64,000 nt of DNA from Actinomycetales bacterium (GCA_038258055.1 JBBSQH010000015.1:3666-67665), one strand, 5' to 3'; shown: positions 1-10,275, counted from the stretch's first letter. The notes: generated from the letters alone by a model not told the origin. Made by a program: numbers and translations.

Positions 1-119
1 GACGGCTGTTCATCGGCGAGGCCACGGTCAAGACCCACCTGCTCCGCGTGTTCGCCAAGCTCGACGTCGACGACCGGACCCGCGCCGTGGTCGTCGCGAC
101 CCGGCACGGCCTGCTGTAG
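1..119 (+). CDS. LuxR/FixJ-type HTH regulator, C-terminal fragment (5' end outside window)
   Basis: Reading from nt 3 gives RLFIGEATVKTHLLRVFAKLDVDDRTRAVVVATRHGLL, with TAG at 117-119. This is the recognition-helix region typical of LuxR-type HTH domains. Confidence 0.7.
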   Translation, partial: RLFIGEATVKTHLLRVFAKLDVDDRTRAVVVATRHGLL

Positions 120-183
120 CGGCCGGGCCCGGTCCTGCCGCGCCGGGTGCGGCCCCGGCGCCGGCGGCTGGCAGGATCGGCCG

Positions 184-1338
184 GTGCCGGACACCACGAC
201 CCCCCGGAGGGACCACACCCCCCGCGGTCGGCGTGACCTCCAGGGCCTGCCCAAGGCGCACCTGCACCTGCACTTCACCGGCTCGATGCGTCCGCAGACG
301 CTGTCCGACCTGGCCGGTCGGCACGACCTGCCCCTGCCGGAGCTGCTGCGCGAGCACCACCTGCTCCGGGTGCCGGCGGACGCACGGGGCTGGTTCCGGT
401 TCCAGCGGCTGTACGAGGCGGCCCGGTCCTGCGTGCGCGACGAGGCCGACATGCGGCGGCTCGTGCACGAGGCCGCCGCCGACGACGCGGCCGAGGGGTC
501 CCGTCGGCTCGAGCTGCAGATCGACCCGACGTCCTACGCACCCCTGGTCGGCGGGTTGACCCCGGCTCTGGAGATCGTGCTCGACGCCGCCCGGGACGCC
601 TCCACGGCCACCGGCTGCCAGGTCGCGGTCGTGGTGGCCGCGAGCCGGGTCCGGCACCCGCTGGACGCGCGCACCCTGGCCCGGCTGGCGGCCCGGTACG
701 CCGGCGACGGTCCCGGCGACGTCGTGGGGTTCGGCCTGAGCAACGACGAGCGTCGCGGCGACACCGAGGCGTTCGCCCCCGCGTTCGCCCTCGCCCGACG
801 CGCGGGGCTGGCCAGCGTGCCCCACGGTGGTGAGCTGCTGGGTGCCGATCACGTCGACCACGTCCTGGCCACGCTCCACCCGGACCGGCTGGGGCACGGG
901 GTCCGCAGCGTCGAGGACCCGCGGACGCTGGAGCGCGTGGTCGCCGCCGGGGTCGGGCTGGAGGTCTGCCCGGGCAGCAACGTCGGGCTCGGTGTGTACC
1001 CGACCGCGGACCAGGTCCCGCTGGCGGCCCTGCTGGCCACCGGCGCCGCGGTGGCGCTGGGGGCCGACGACCCGCTGCTGTTCGGCTCCCGGCTCACGGC
1101 GCAGTACGAGACCGCCCGGGACGTCGTGGGGCTCACCGACGACGCCCTCGCCGAGCTGGCCCGGCACAGCCTGCGCCTGTCCCGCGCCCCCGAGCACGAC
1201 GTCCGGCGCTGGCTCGGCGAGGTCGACGCGTGGCTCGCGGCGCCACCGCCGTCGGATCCGAGCGGGATGGGTCCGGGTCCGGCAGGGCCCGAGGTCAGAG
1301 CGTCAGACCGACGAACCGCGGCTCCGGCACCAGGGTGA
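184..1338 (+). CDS. adenosine/AMP-deaminase-fold amidohydrolase family protein
   Basis: 384-aa ORF. HLHLHFTGS near the N-terminus, then GHG, HGGE and GADDPLLF occur in the order expected for the adenosine deaminase fold. The 3' end overlaps the murB 3' end by 44 nt (convergent). Confidence 0.8.
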   Translation: MPDTTTPRRDHTPRGRRDLQGLPKAHLHLHFTGSMRPQTLSDLAGRHDLPLPELLREHHLLRVPADARGWFRFQRLYEAARSCVRDEADMRRLVHEAAADDAAEGSRRLELQIDPTSYAPLVGGLTPALEIVLDAARDASTATGCQVAVVVAASRVRHPLDARTLARLAARYAGDGPGDVVGFGLSNDERRGDTEAFAPAFALARRAGLASVPHGGELLGADHVDHVLATLHPDRLGHGVRSVEDPRTLERVVAAGVGLEVCPGSNVGLGVYPTADQVPLAALLATGAAVALGADDPLLFGSRLTAQYETARDVVGLTDDALAELARHSLRLSRAPEHDVRRWLGEVDAWLAAPPPSDPSGMGPGPAGPEVRASDRRTAAPAPG

Positions 1339-2353
1339 CGCCGAACTCGGCCCGCACGGCGTCGCGCACCTGACGGGCCAGGGCGACCACGTCCGCCGCC
1401 CGGGCGCCGCCCCGGTTGGTCAGGGCCAGGGTGTGCTTGGTGGACACCGCCGCGGGCCCGGGCAGGCCGAAGCCCTTGCCGATGCCGGCGTGCTCGATGA
1501 GCCAGGCCGCGGGCAGCTTGACCAGCCCGTCGCCGGCGGGCCACGTGGGCGCGTCGGCCAGCACGGCCGGCAGGTCGGCCGCCGGCACCACGGGGTTGGT
1601 GAAGAACGACCCGACGCTCCACGTGTCGTGGTCGGCGGGGTCCAGCACCATGCCCTTGCCCGACCGCAGCGCCAGCACCGCGTCGCGGACCTCACCCAGC
1701 GGGGCCCGCTGGCCCACCTGCACGCCCAGACGGCGGGCCAGCTCGGCGTAGCGGACCGGGGCCGACAGGTCGGCCAGCAGGAGCTGCAGCTGCACCCGCA
1801 GCACGACGTAGCGGTCCATCCCGTCCGGCCCGGCCGAGGCGGCGCGCTTGAGCACGGAGTCGCGGTAGCCGAAGGCGCAGTCCCGGTTGGCCAGGGTGCG
1901 CACCCGCTGCTCGACCCGGTCCCAGACCTGCACGGTGGCCACGGTGTCGGCGACCTCGGCCCCGTAGGCGCCGACGTTCTGCACCGGGGTGGCGCCGACG
2001 CTGCCCGGGATGCCGGACAGCGCCTCCAACCCGGCCCCGCCGTGGTCGACCGCCAGCGCGACGAGACCGTCCCAGTCCGCCCCGGCCTGCACCCGCAGGT
2101 CGGCGCCCCCGCAGGCGTCGGCGTCCCCGACGGTCACGCCACCCCCGGCCGGGACGGCGACGTGCACCACGGTCCCGTCGAAGCCGTCGTCGGACACCAC
2201 GAGGTTGGACCCGCCCGCCACGATGAGCAGCCGCTCACCCCTGGCGTCGACGTCCTGGACGGCCGCGAGCAGCTGGTCGCTGTCGTCGGCGACGACCGTC
2301 CGGGCGGCGGGTCCGCCGACCCGGAGCGTGGTCAGGTCGGCGAGGGAGCTCAC
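1295..2353 (-). CDS. murB: UDP-N-acetylenolpyruvoylglucosamine reductase
   Basis: 352 aa. The N-terminus LTTLRVGGPA...LLIVAGGSNLVVSDDGFDGTVV is FAD-binding, followed by a MurB C-terminal region. The GTG start overlaps the stop of the upstream MFS gene (GTGA). Confidence 0.9.
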   Translation of the reverse strand: MSSLADLTTLRVGGPAARTVVADDSDQLLAAVQDVDARGERLLIVAGGSNLVVSDDGFDGTVVHVAVPAGGGVTVGDADACGGADLRVQAGADWDGLVALAVDHGGAGLEALSGIPGSVGATPVQNVGAYGAEVADTVATVQVWDRVEQRVRTLANRDCAFGYRDSVLKRAASAGPDGMDRYVVLRVQLQLLLADLSAPVRYAELARRLGVQVGQRAPLGEVRDAVLALRSGKGMVLDPADHDTWSVGSFFTNPVVPAADLPAVLADAPTWPAGDGLVKLPAAWLIEHAGIGKGFGLPGPAAVSTKHTLALTNRGGARAADVVALARQVRDAVRAEFGVTLVPEPRFVGLTL

Positions 2354-3696
2354 CGGGTCAGGCTAGGCGACCGCTCGCCGTCCTGGTCCCAGTCGTCGGT
2401 CGAGACCCCGTCCGGACCGTGCTCGCCCTGCGGGCGCTCGTCCGGGTCCACGTCGCCGACCTCGGCCGGCGGGCGCATGGACGCCGCGGTGCAGAAGGCC
2501 AGCAGCGCGGCGCCGCAGGCCGTGAGCAGCGCCAGGTCGGTGCCGAACGCCTCGCCCAGCAGGCCGACCAGCGGCGGCCCGGCCAGGAACGCCGTGTAGG
2601 CGACCGACGCGACCACGGACACCCGCACGGCGGCCCGCACCGGGTCGTCGGCCGCGGCCGTCATGCCCACCGGGAAGCCCAGGCTGACGCCGACGCCCCA
2701 GAGGACGGCCCCGAGGACGGCGCCGACGACACCGGGCACGAACACGACGCAGACCACGCCCAGCGCGACCATCCCGGCCATGACCAGGAGCGGGCGGTAG
2801 CGGCCGAAGCGGTCCAGCAGCGCCGGACCGAGGAACCGGCCTGCCATCACCGAGGTCAGGAAGACCCCGTACACCGTGGAGCCGACCCACTCCTCGGCCC
2901 CGCGGGAGTCGATGACGGCGATGGCCAGCCAGTCCCCCGCGATCCCCTCGGCCAGCGCGAAGCCGAGCATGGTGACGCCGATCAGCAGGGTGCGCGGGTC
3001 GGTCCAGGCGTCCCGGAGGCTGTAGCCGCGGCTCGGGCCGCCGTCGGCGCCGGCGGTCGCGCTGCGGGCCGCGTGGTCGGCGGCCGCACCGCGGGAGCCC
3101 AGCTCGGCCGGCAGGAAGTTGCGCACCGCCACGGCCGCTCCCACCAGGACCACGAGCGAGACCACCGCCAGGTGCGGCGCACGACCGATCGACAGGTACG
3201 ACGCCACGACCGCGCCGGTGGCCCCGAGGACCGTGCCCACGCTCCACAGCCCGTGGAACCGGGGCATGATCGTCGTGCCGAGCCTGCGCTCCACGTCGGC
3301 GGCCTCGACGTTCATCGCCACGTCCCAGGCGCCGTTGGCGAAGCCCCAGGTGAACAGGGACAGCGCCAGCACCAGGCGGTCGGGCGCGAACCCGGCCGAG
3401 GCGACGCCGACGGCGCCGAGCACGGCCGCGACCAGGATGACCGGGCGCACGCCCAGGCGCTGGACCAGCGAGCCCGCGGTCGGCAGCGCGAGCACCGAGC
3501 CGACCGACGCCGCCAGCAGCGTGATGCCCAGCTGCTCAGGGCTCAGGCCCAGGTCGTCACGCACCGCGGGCAACCGGGCCAGCAGGGACGACAGCAGCAG
3601 CCCGTTGACGGCGAAGCAGACGTAGACCGAGGTGCGGGCCGCCGCGACGGCGCTCCGCTCGGCCCGGGTTGCAGTACTGGTGGTGCTGGCGCTCAC
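2350..3696 (-). CDS. MFS transporter
   Basis: 448 aa with about 12 hydrophobic segments and a hydrophilic C-terminal tail. Translationally coupled to murB and divergent from the LacI gene. Confidence 0.8.
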   Translation of the reverse strand: MSASTTSTATRAERSAVAAARTSVYVCFAVNGLLLSSLLARLPAVRDDLGLSPEQLGITLLAASVGSVLALPTAGSLVQRLGVRPVILVAAVLGAVGVASAGFAPDRLVLALSLFTWGFANGAWDVAMNVEAADVERRLGTTIMPRFHGLWSVGTVLGATGAVVASYLSIGRAPHLAVVSLVVLVGAAVAVRNFLPAELGSRGAAADHAARSATAGADGGPSRGYSLRDAWTDPRTLLIGVTMLGFALAEGIAGDWLAIAVIDSRGAEEWVGSTVYGVFLTSVMAGRFLGPALLDRFGRYRPLLVMAGMVALGVVCVVFVPGVVGAVLGAVLWGVGVSLGFPVGMTAAADDPVRAAVRVSVVASVAYTAFLAGPPLVGLLGEAFGTDLALLTACGAALLAFCTAASMRPPAEVGDVDPDERPQGEHGPDGVSTDDWDQDGERSPSLTR

Positions 3697-3827
3697 GGCA
3701 GGTTCCTCGTGCTCGACGTCGGTTGACGGTCGGTGGTCCGGACCGCCAAGGTCGAATCGATTCGATCACGACCGGACGATGCTACGTCACACTGGTCCAG
3801 GAGCCAACCCGTCCACCCGAGGAGCCC

Positions 3828-4913
3828 ATGCCCGCGCACCCGAACGGCCGACGCCCCGGCGGCCGGGCCACCCTCAGCGACGTCGCGGCCGCGGCCGGGG
3901 TCTCGCCCTCGACGGCGTCCCTCGCGTTCTCCGGCGCCGGTCCGGTGGCTGAGGCGACCCGGGAGCGCGTGATGTCGGCCGCTCGGGAGCTCGGCTACGC
4001 CGGTCCCGACCCCACCGCGGCCTCGTTGCGCCGGGGCCGGTCCGGCGTCGTCGGGGTCGTGGTCGGCGAACGGCTCCGCGACGCCTTCCGCGACCCCTAC
4101 GTCGTGACGATGCTGGACGGCCTGGTGGACGTCCTGGCCGGCGAGGGCCTGGCCATCCTGCTGCTGCCGATGACCCATGACGTCAGCGCGCCGCCCGCCG
4201 AGCAGTACCGGGCCGCAGCCATGGACGCCCTGGTGTTCGCCACCGGGGGCCTGGCCGACGACCCGGCGCTGGCCGTGGCCACCGGGCGCGGCCTGCCGGT
4301 CGTGGCCGTCGAGGGCCCGGACGTCCCCGAGGCGTCCATGGTGCGCATCGACGACCGCGAGGGGACGGCCGCCGCCGTCCGGCACCTGATGGGGCTGGGT
4401 CACCGCGACGTGGCCGTGGTGACGATGCCCTGGCGCCTGGACGGGCAGGAGGGGCTGCTGGCCCCCGCCCGTCGGGCCGACGGCGGTTTCGCGGACAACG
4501 TCAACCGCCTCGACGGCGTCCACGACGTGCTGACCCCCGTCGCGGTGTGGGAGACCCCCGCCAACGCCGTCGAGCAGGGCCGCACCGCCGGGCTGACGCT
4601 GCTGCAGGGTCCCGCCGCCACCCGCCCGACGGCGGTGGTGGCGCAGTCGGACGTGCTGGCCGCCGGGGTGGTGCAGGCCTGCGGGGAGCTGGGGCTGCGC
4701 GTGCCGGAGGACGTGAGCGTCGTCGGCTTCGACGGGGTGTCGATCCCGTGGCTGGCCCCGCACGAGCTCACCACGCTGGTCCAGCCGGTGGTGGACAAGG
4801 CGCGCCGGACGGCGGAGGCGGTCCTGGCCCGGTTGGCGGGCGGCGGCCGGACCGACACGACGCTTCAGGTCAGGCTGCGGCTGGGCACGACGACGGGGCC
4901 GGCTCCGCGCTGA
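3828..4913 (+). CDS. LacI-family transcriptional regulator
   Basis: N-terminal HTH ATLSDVAAAAGVSPSTASLAFSG..RERVMSAARELGY followed by a periplasmic-binding-fold core. I chose ATG 3828 because the longer ORF (3669) overlaps the divergent MFS start. Confidence 0.85.
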   Translation: MPAHPNGRRPGGRATLSDVAAAAGVSPSTASLAFSGAGPVAEATRERVMSAARELGYAGPDPTAASLRRGRSGVVGVVVGERLRDAFRDPYVVTMLDGLVDVLAGEGLAILLLPMTHDVSAPPAEQYRAAAMDALVFATGGLADDPALAVATGRGLPVVAVEGPDVPEASMVRIDDREGTAAAVRHLMGLGHRDVAVVTMPWRLDGQEGLLAPARRADGGFADNVNRLDGVHDVLTPVAVWETPANAVEQGRTAGLTLLQGPAATRPTAVVAQSDVLAAGVVQACGELGLRVPEDVSVVGFDGVSIPWLAPHELTTLVQPVVDKARRTAEAVLARLAGGGRTDTTLQVRLRLGTTTGPAPR

Positions 4914-4935
4914 GCGGGCCCGCGGGTGACCTCGG

Positions 4936-5364
4936 TCAGGCCAGCGCGAGGGTGGCGCGGGTCTTGGTGAGCACGGTCGCCCCGTCGCAGGTGACGGTCA
5001 GGTCGACGACGACCCGGCGGGTCTCGGGGTCGGTCGAGCGGACGGTGCCGCTCACCTCGACGGTGACGTCGCCGGGGTCCGGGACCACGACGGGGCGCGT
5101 GAAGCGGGTGGAGTAGCCGACCACGGCGGTCGGGTCGCCGGTCCACTGGGTCAGCAGCCGGGAGGCGGCGCCCATGGTCAGCATCCCGTGGACGATGACG
5201 CCGGGCAGGCCCACCTCGGTGGCGACGCGGTCGCTGTAGTGGATCGCGTTGAAATCGCGGCTGGCGGCGGTGTACCGGACCAGGCCGTCGCGGTCGAAGC
5301 GGCAGCTCGTGGTGGGCAGCGCGTCGCCGACGGCGACCCCGTCGAAGCTGCGGCGCGCGGTCAC
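4936..5364 (-). CDS. MaoC-like (R)-hydratase/dehydratase, hot-dog fold (HadB-like)
   Basis: 142 aa with the motif DFNAIHYSDRVATEVGLPGVIVHGMLT. It has a 4-nt overlap with the upstream hot-dog gene. Confidence 0.75.
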   Translation of the reverse strand: MTARRSFDGVAVGDALPTTSCRFDRDGLVRYTAASRDFNAIHYSDRVATEVGLPGVIVHGMLTMGAASRLLTQWTGDPTAVVGYSTRFTRPVVVPDPGDVTVEVSGTVRSTDPETRRVVVDLTVTCDGATVLTKTRATLALA

Positions 5365-5798
5365 CGGTGCACCAGCAGGGCGGTCACGGTGCTGCGTGGC
5401 TCGCCCGAGACGGTGGCGACCTCGGTGACCAGGGTCAGCATGGACGCGCCGGCCGCCGGCCGGACCCCGGCCACGGTCATCGTCGCGGTCAGCTCGTCCC
5501 CCGCCACGATCGGGGCGTGGTGGACGAAGGTCTGCTCGCCGTGGACGATCCGCGAGTACTCCAGGTCCACCGTCGGGTCGGCCATCATCGCGTCGGTCGC
5601 GGGCTGGGCGACGACGACCGCGAACGTGGTCGGGGCGACGACGTCGACGAAGCCGGCCTCGCGCGCAGCCACCTCGTCGTGGTGCAGCGGGTGGTCCGCG
5701 CCGAGGGCCTCGGCGAACTGCCGCACCACCTCACGGCCGACGACGTACGTGGCCGGGGCGGAGTAGCGGCGTCCGGCCAGCGCGGCGTCGTCGGTCAC
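5361..5798 (-). CDS. MaoC N-terminal-like hot-dog protein (HadA-like partner subunit)
   Basis: GTG at 5798 lies 23 nt after the rpmG stop and gives 145 aa. The sequence ATYVVGREVVRQFAEALGADHPLHHD...VHGEQTF is hot-dog-like. The part of the ORF upstream of 5798 is antisense-frame overlap with rpmG. Confidence 0.65.
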   Translation of the reverse strand: MTDDAALAGRRYSAPATYVVGREVVRQFAEALGADHPLHHDEVAAREAGFVDVVAPTTFAVVVAQPATDAMMADPTVDLEYSRIVHGEQTFVHHAPIVAGDELTATMTVAGVRPAAGASMLTLVTEVATVSGEPRSTVTALLVHR

Positions 5799-5821
5799 GT
5801 CGAGGTCGGCCGGGGCCTCGC

Positions 5822-5992
5822 TCAGCGGGTCTCGCGGTGGGGGGTGTGCTTGCTGCAACGCGGGCAGAACTTCGCGAGGTCGAGCCGGTCGGGGTCGTTC
5901 CGCCGGTTCTTCTTCGTGATGTAGTTCCGCTCCTTGCACTCGGTGCACGCCATGGTGATCTTGGGACGCACGTCAGCACTCTTGGAGGCCAT
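5822..5992 (-). CDS. rpmG: 50S ribosomal protein L33
   Basis: 56 aa, below the ORF-track cutoff. My translation is [56 protein letters not shown], with the CxxC...CxxC zinc ribbon. ATG at 5992, TGA at 5822-5824. Confidence 0.95.
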   Translation of the reverse strand: MASKSADVRPKITMACTECKERNYITKKNRRNDPDRLDLAKFCPRCSKHTPHRETR

Positions 5993-6043
5993 CTCGGGAA
6001 CCTTTCAACGATCTTCTCGGCGGTCGTACCTGGGGACGGTCGG

Positions 6044-6117
<74 letters not shown>

Positions 6118-6150
6118 TTGGTCGGGCACCTGCACCCAGGCACCCGTCAG

Positions 6151-6222
6151 AGCCCCGATAGGGATTTGAACCCTAGACCTTCTCCTTACCATGGAGATGC
6201 TCTACCACTGAGCTATCGGGGC
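6151..6222 (-). tRNA. tRNA-Thr (anticodon GGU)
   Basis: Minus strand reads GCCCCGATAGCTCAGTGGTAGAGCATCTCCATGGTAAGGAGAAGGTCTAGGGTTCAAATCCCTATCGGGGCT. Anticodon loop is ATGGTAA. Confidence 0.9.
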
Positions 6223-6368
6223 AACGACGAAAAGGGTACAGGACCGTTCGACGTGCTCGCGCACGTCCGAGGGTCACCCCGCCACGAGCGGCACCGTGGC
6301 CGATCCGTGACCACGTCGACACCGCCGCGTCACCGGACATCGTGGCCGGTGGGGGACAATCCGACGCG

Positions 6369-8234
6369 ATGGACACCACGATCGACGCCTCCCGGGAGCA
6401 CCCCGCGACGCCGAACTCCTCCCCCGGCTCGACCGCCCGCACGACACCTCGCGGCCGCACAGGGCGCTCCCGGGCCCCGGGCCGCACGCCAGGGTCCACC
6501 CGGCCGTGGCAGTGGCTCGTCGGCCTGGGCGTGACCGCCGGCGTGAACACGGCGCTGAGCCTGGACGCGACCTCGCCCGTGCAGACCAAGGACGAGATCG
6601 GCTACCTGATGGCGGCCCGGCTGCTCGGCGGGGGCGGCGGCGCGGACCTCATCATGCCGCCGCACGCGGGGGGCTACTCGGCCGGCTGGGGTGCCGTCGT
6701 GGCGCCGCTGTGGCGCGTGGTCGACGACCCGGTCCGCTTCATGCACGTCACGGTGGGGTTCAACGTCCTGCTGGCCACCCTGGCCGTCGTGGTGTGGGCG
6801 GCCGTCGGCCGACGCCTCGGCGCGACGCCCCGGGCGGCGCTGGCGATCGCGGTGGTCGTCGGGATCGCCCCGGGCCGCGCGCTGTACACCGGGTACGCGT
6901 TGCCGGAGGCCCTCATCGGCGTCCTCGTGGCGACCGCGTTCCTGCTGGTGCTGAGGTTGTACGACGACGGCAGCGGGCGAAGCGCGGCCTCCGGCGCCCC
7001 GCTCGCGCCCGTCGCGAGCCGGACCGGGACGGCGTTCGCACTGGCGGCCCTGACCGGCTACCTGTCGCTCGTGCACTCCCGGTTCCTGCCCACCGTAGGA
7101 CTGCTGGTGCTCGTGCTGGCCTGGTGGGCCTGGCGGGTCCGCCCGCGCAGCGGCCCCTGGGTCGTCGCCCTGGCTGCGGCCGGGGCGGTGGCCGGGGTCG
7201 TCGGCAACCGCCTCGTGGAGGCCGCGCTGTACGGCGAGGTCGACCGGTTCTCCGCCGCCGGGGACCAGATCGGCCAGCTCCACATCGGGTTCATGACGTC
7301 GCTGACCATCGGCCACGCCTGGTACGGCGCCGTGGCCTGGGGCGGCCTGACCGTCATCGGCGTCATCTGGGCCGCGCGCCGCGCGCTGGGCGAGTGGCGC
7401 GAGCGGACCCCGGGCCCGTGGGCCGTCCTGCTGCTGGTCACGGCCGCGCAGCTGGTCATCGCCGCGTCCTACCTGTCGACCCGCCTCACCGTCGGCGCCG
7501 GTCGCCTGGACCAGGTCGTCTACGGCCGCTACACCGACCCGATCTGGTCGCTGCTGGCCGTGGTGGGCCTCACGGTGCTCGTCACGCGGCGGCTCGACCG
7601 GACGATGTGGCGGCAGGCGATGGTGGCCGTGACCCTGCTCGGCGTGGCCGTGGGGGTCGTGCTGTTCGCGGTCGGCGGCATCGTCCGCGGCCTGGTACAG
7701 CTCAACGTGCCGGGGATCGAGATGTGGCGCTGGGAGTACGGCGTCGACGACCTCCGGGTGCCGTTCGTCCAGGCGACGGTGGCGGCGCTGGTGATGCTGG
7801 CGGGCATCCGCTGGGCCCAGGTCCGGCAGCTGCCCAGCGCGCTCGTCGTCGGGGTCGTCGCCCTGCTGGCGGTGTCGGGCACGTTCGTGGCCGAGCACCG
7901 CACCATCGCCGAGCGCGACCAGGGGCTGAGGGACCTGTTCACGCTGCGCGAGACCGTCGAGGAGTACCCGTCGGCGCCGGTGATGCTCGTGGTCGACCGG
8001 CCGCTGCTGCTGACCGGCACGGCGTTCCAGTACTGGCTGGGCGACCGGGACCTGAGGGTCGTGGACCCCGCGCAGGAGATGGTGCGCGTCGAGCCGGGCG
8101 AGCTGGTCATCGGCACGCTCGACCCGCGCCCGCTGATGATCGGGGCGCCGACCCGGCTGACCGAGATCGACCCCACGTACCGCTACGGCGTGTGGAAGGC
8201 CGAGGGCGGCCCCGTGGACCCGCTGACCCGCTGA
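6369..8234 (+). CDS. polytopic membrane protein, possible GT-C-fold glycosyltransferase
   Basis: About 620 aa with more than 10 hydrophobic segments. A KDEIGYL (DExxY-like) motif sits after the first TM, as in GT-C enzymes, and the C-terminal domain is soluble. Function was not verified. ATG 6369 was chosen. Confidence 0.55.
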   Translation: MDTTIDASREHPATPNSSPGSTARTTPRGRTGRSRAPGRTPGSTRPWQWLVGLGVTAGVNTALSLDATSPVQTKDEIGYLMAARLLGGGGGADLIMPPHAGGYSAGWGAVVAPLWRVVDDPVRFMHVTVGFNVLLATLAVVVWAAVGRRLGATPRAALAIAVVVGIAPGRALYTGYALPEALIGVLVATAFLLVLRLYDDGSGRSAASGAPLAPVASRTGTAFALAALTGYLSLVHSRFLPTVGLLVLVLAWWAWRVRPRSGPWVVALAAAGAVAGVVGNRLVEAALYGEVDRFSAAGDQIGQLHIGFMTSLTIGHAWYGAVAWGGLTVIGVIWAARRALGEWRERTPGPWAVLLLVTAAQLVIAASYLSTRLTVGAGRLDQVVYGRYTDPIWSLLAVVGLTVLVTRRLDRTMWRQAMVAVTLLGVAVGVVLFAVGGIVRGLVQLNVPGIEMWRWEYGVDDLRVPFVQATVAALVMLAGIRWAQVRQLPSALVVGVVALLAVSGTFVAEHRTIAERDQGLRDLFTLRETVEEYPSAPVMLVVDRPLLLTGTAFQYWLGDRDLRVVDPAQEMVRVEPGELVIGTLDPRPLMIGAPTRLTEIDPTYRYGVWKAEGGPVDPLTR

Positions 8235-8258
8235 CCCCGAGCCGGTCACCGCACGACT

Positions 8259-8290
8259 GAGCCCCGGGGCGCTCGCACGCCCCGGGGCTC
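8259..8290. terminator. GC-rich hairpin between convergent membrane-protein gene and tRNA-Tyr
   Basis: GAGCCCCGGGG-cgctcgcacg-CCCCGGGGCTC, a perfect 11-bp stem. Confidence 0.6.
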
Positions 8291-8296
8291 GGTGTG

Positions 8297-8378
8297 TGGC
8301 AGGTGAAGGATTCGAACCTTCGAAGGCTATGCCGACGGATTTACAGTCCGCTCCCATTGGCCGCTCGGGCAACCTGCC
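8297..8378 (-). tRNA. tRNA-Tyr (anticodon GUA)
   Basis: Minus strand reads GGCAGGTTGCCCGAGCGGCCAATGGGAGCGGACTGTAAATCCGTCGGCATAGCCTTCGAAGGTTCGAATCCTTCACCTGCCA. It has a long variable arm and anticodon loop ACTGTAAAT. Confidence 0.9.
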
Positions 8379-8489
8379 GGTCGCGCCACGAGGAGCGTGC
8401 TCCTGCGCGGCGGTGCGAGGATAGCAAGTCCGGGGACCAGGTCTCGACCGCCCCGACGTCCACCAGCACCCGATCAGGAAGGCATCACC

Positions 8490-8984
8490 GTGGCCGCGGA
8501 CTCGTCGTTCGACGTCGTCAGCAAGCTCGACCGCCAGGAGGTCGACAACGCCCTCAACCAGGCGGCGAAGGAGCTCTCCCAGCGCTACGACTTCAAGGGC
8601 ACCGACGCGTCGGTGCGCTGGTCCGGTGACGACACCATCCGGATCGAGGCGAGCAGCGAGGAGCGGACCACCGCCGCCCTCGACGTGCTGCAGACCAAGC
8701 TCATCAAGCGCGGCATCTCGCTCAAGGCCCTGGAGTCCGGGGAGCCCAAGGCGTCGGGCAAGACCTACGTGCTGGACTCCGCCCTCAAGGAGGGCCTGAG
8801 CCAGGAGATCGCCAAGAAGATCGGCAAGATCGTCCGCGACGAGGGCCCCAAGGGCGTCAAGGCGCAGATCACCGGCGACGAGATGCGGGTCTCCGCCAAG
8901 AGCCGCGACGACCTGCAGGAGGTCATCGCCCTGCTCAAGGGCGCCGACCTGGACGTCGCGCTCCAGTTCGTCAACTACCGCTGA
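8490..8984 (+). CDS. yajQ: YajQ-family (UPF0234) nucleotide-binding protein
   Basis: GTG 8490 follows [39 protein letters not shown] ... ALQFVNYR is the characteristic YajQ sequence. Confidence 0.9.
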   Translation: MAADSSFDVVSKLDRQEVDNALNQAAKELSQRYDFKGTDASVRWSGDDTIRIEASSEERTTAALDVLQTKLIKRGISLKALESGEPKASGKTYVLDSALKEGLSQEIAKKIGKIVRDEGPKGVKAQITGDEMRVSAKSRDDLQEVIALLKGADLDVALQFVNYR

Positions 8985-10275
8985 GACCCTCGGCCGGCGG
9001 GGTGACCCGGACGCGGGACACCCGCCGGCCGTCCATCTCGGTGACCACGAGCTCGTACCCGTCGAGCTCGACCCGGTCGCCTGCCGCGGGCACGCGGTTG
9101 ATCCTGGCCATCACGTAGCCGGCGAGGGTCTCGAAGCCCTGGTCGGTGCTGTCGGGGTCGAGCACCAGGCCCGGGACGTGGTCCCCGACGTCGTCGACGT
9201 GGGTGAGCCCGTCGAGCTCGACGACCCCGGCGGGGAGCTCGGCCCGCTCGGCCAGCTGCTCGTCGTACTCGTCGCGGATGTCGCCCAGCACCTCCTCGAC
9301 GAAGTCCTCGAGGGTGACGATGCCGGCCGTGCCGCCGTACTCGTCGACGACGACGGCCAGGTGCACGGCGGCGCGACGCATGACGCTCATGGCCGTGAGC
9401 ACCGGCAGCGTCTCCGGCAGGAACGGGACGGTGCGCAGGATCTCGCGCAGCGGCTCGTCCCCCCGGCCGCGACGGACGGCCCCGTACAGGTCGCGCACGT
9501 GGACGAACCCCAGGACGTCGTCGGCGCTGTCGCCGATGACGGGGTAGCGCGAGTGCGGCCGGTCGACGGCGACGTCCAGGGCGCCACCCACCGACAGGGC
9601 CCCGTCCAGGAACGTCACCTCGGTCCGGGGGATGAGGACGTCGCGGACCATCTTGTCGGCCAGGTCGAGGGCCTCGCTGACGATGCGGCGCTCGTCGGGG
9701 TCGAGGGCCTCGTGCTCGCGCACCAGGGACCGCAGCTCCTCCTCGCCGATCTCCTCGCGGCTGGCGTTCGGGTCGCCCCCCAGCAGGCGGACCACCAGGT
9801 CCGTCGCCTTCGACAGCAGCCAGATGACGGGGCGCAGCACCCGGGCGATCACGTCGAGCGGGCCGGCCGCGACGAGCGACAGGCCCTCCGCGCGCTGCAG
9901 GGCCAGACGCTTGGGGGCCAGCTCGCCCAGCACGAGCGACAGGGCGGCGATGACCAGCGTCACGCCGATGAACGCCGTGGTCTCCGCCGCGCCCTCGGCC
10001 ATCCCCAGCCGGACCAGGCCCGGGGCCAGGGCCGGGGCCAGCGTCGCGGCCCCGAACGAGGCGGAGAAGAACCCCGTCACGGTGACGCCGACCTGCACCG
10101 CGGACAGGAACCGGTTGGGGTCGGCGGCGAGCTGGGCGACCTTCTCACCACGCCCGCCCTTGCGTCGTAGTCCCTCGATCTGGCTGTCGCGCAGGGAGAC
10201 CAGGGCGATCTCGCTGCCCGCGAAGAGCCCGCCGACGAGGATGAAGACCAGGACCAGGGCGGCGTCCAGACCCAT
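8971..10275 (-). CDS. CNNM/CorC-HlyC family membrane protein (DUF21 + tandem CBS + CorC_HlyC)
   Basis: ATG 10275 gives 434 aa. The N-terminal TM region contains [14 protein letters not shown], followed by a CBS pair and a C-terminal transporter-associated domain. The upstream 238 codons of the ORF are Pro/Arg-rich junk. Confidence 0.85.
   Translation of the reverse strand: MGLDAALVLVFILVGGLFAGSEIALVSLRDSQIEGLRRKGGRGEKVAQLAADPNRFLSAVQVGVTVTGFFSASFGAATLAPALAPGLVRLGMAEGAAETTAFIGVTLVIAALSLVLGELAPKRLALQRAEGLSLVAAGPLDVIARVLRPVIWLLSKATDLVVRLLGGDPNASREEIGEEELRSLVREHEALDPDERRIVSEALDLADKMVRDVLIPRTEVTFLDGALSVGGALDVAVDRPHSRYPVIGDSADDVLGFVHVRDLYGAVRRGRGDEPLREILRTVPFLPETLPVLTAMSVMRRAAVHLAVVVDEYGGTAGIVTLEDFVEEVLGDIRDEYDEQLAERAELPAGVVELDGLTHVDDVGDHVPGLVLDPDSTDQGFETLAGYVMARINRVPAAGDRVELDGYELVVTEMDGRRVSRVRVTPPAEGLSGS

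Noticed and set aside
1295-1338. 44-nt convergent overlap of the adenosine-deaminase-fold gene and murB (also yajQ/CNNM, 14 nt) as a sign of mis-annotation or antisense regulation.
   Set aside because: Both partners have full-length conserved domains. The overlaps involve only poorly conserved C-terminal tails, which is common in GC-rich compact genomes.
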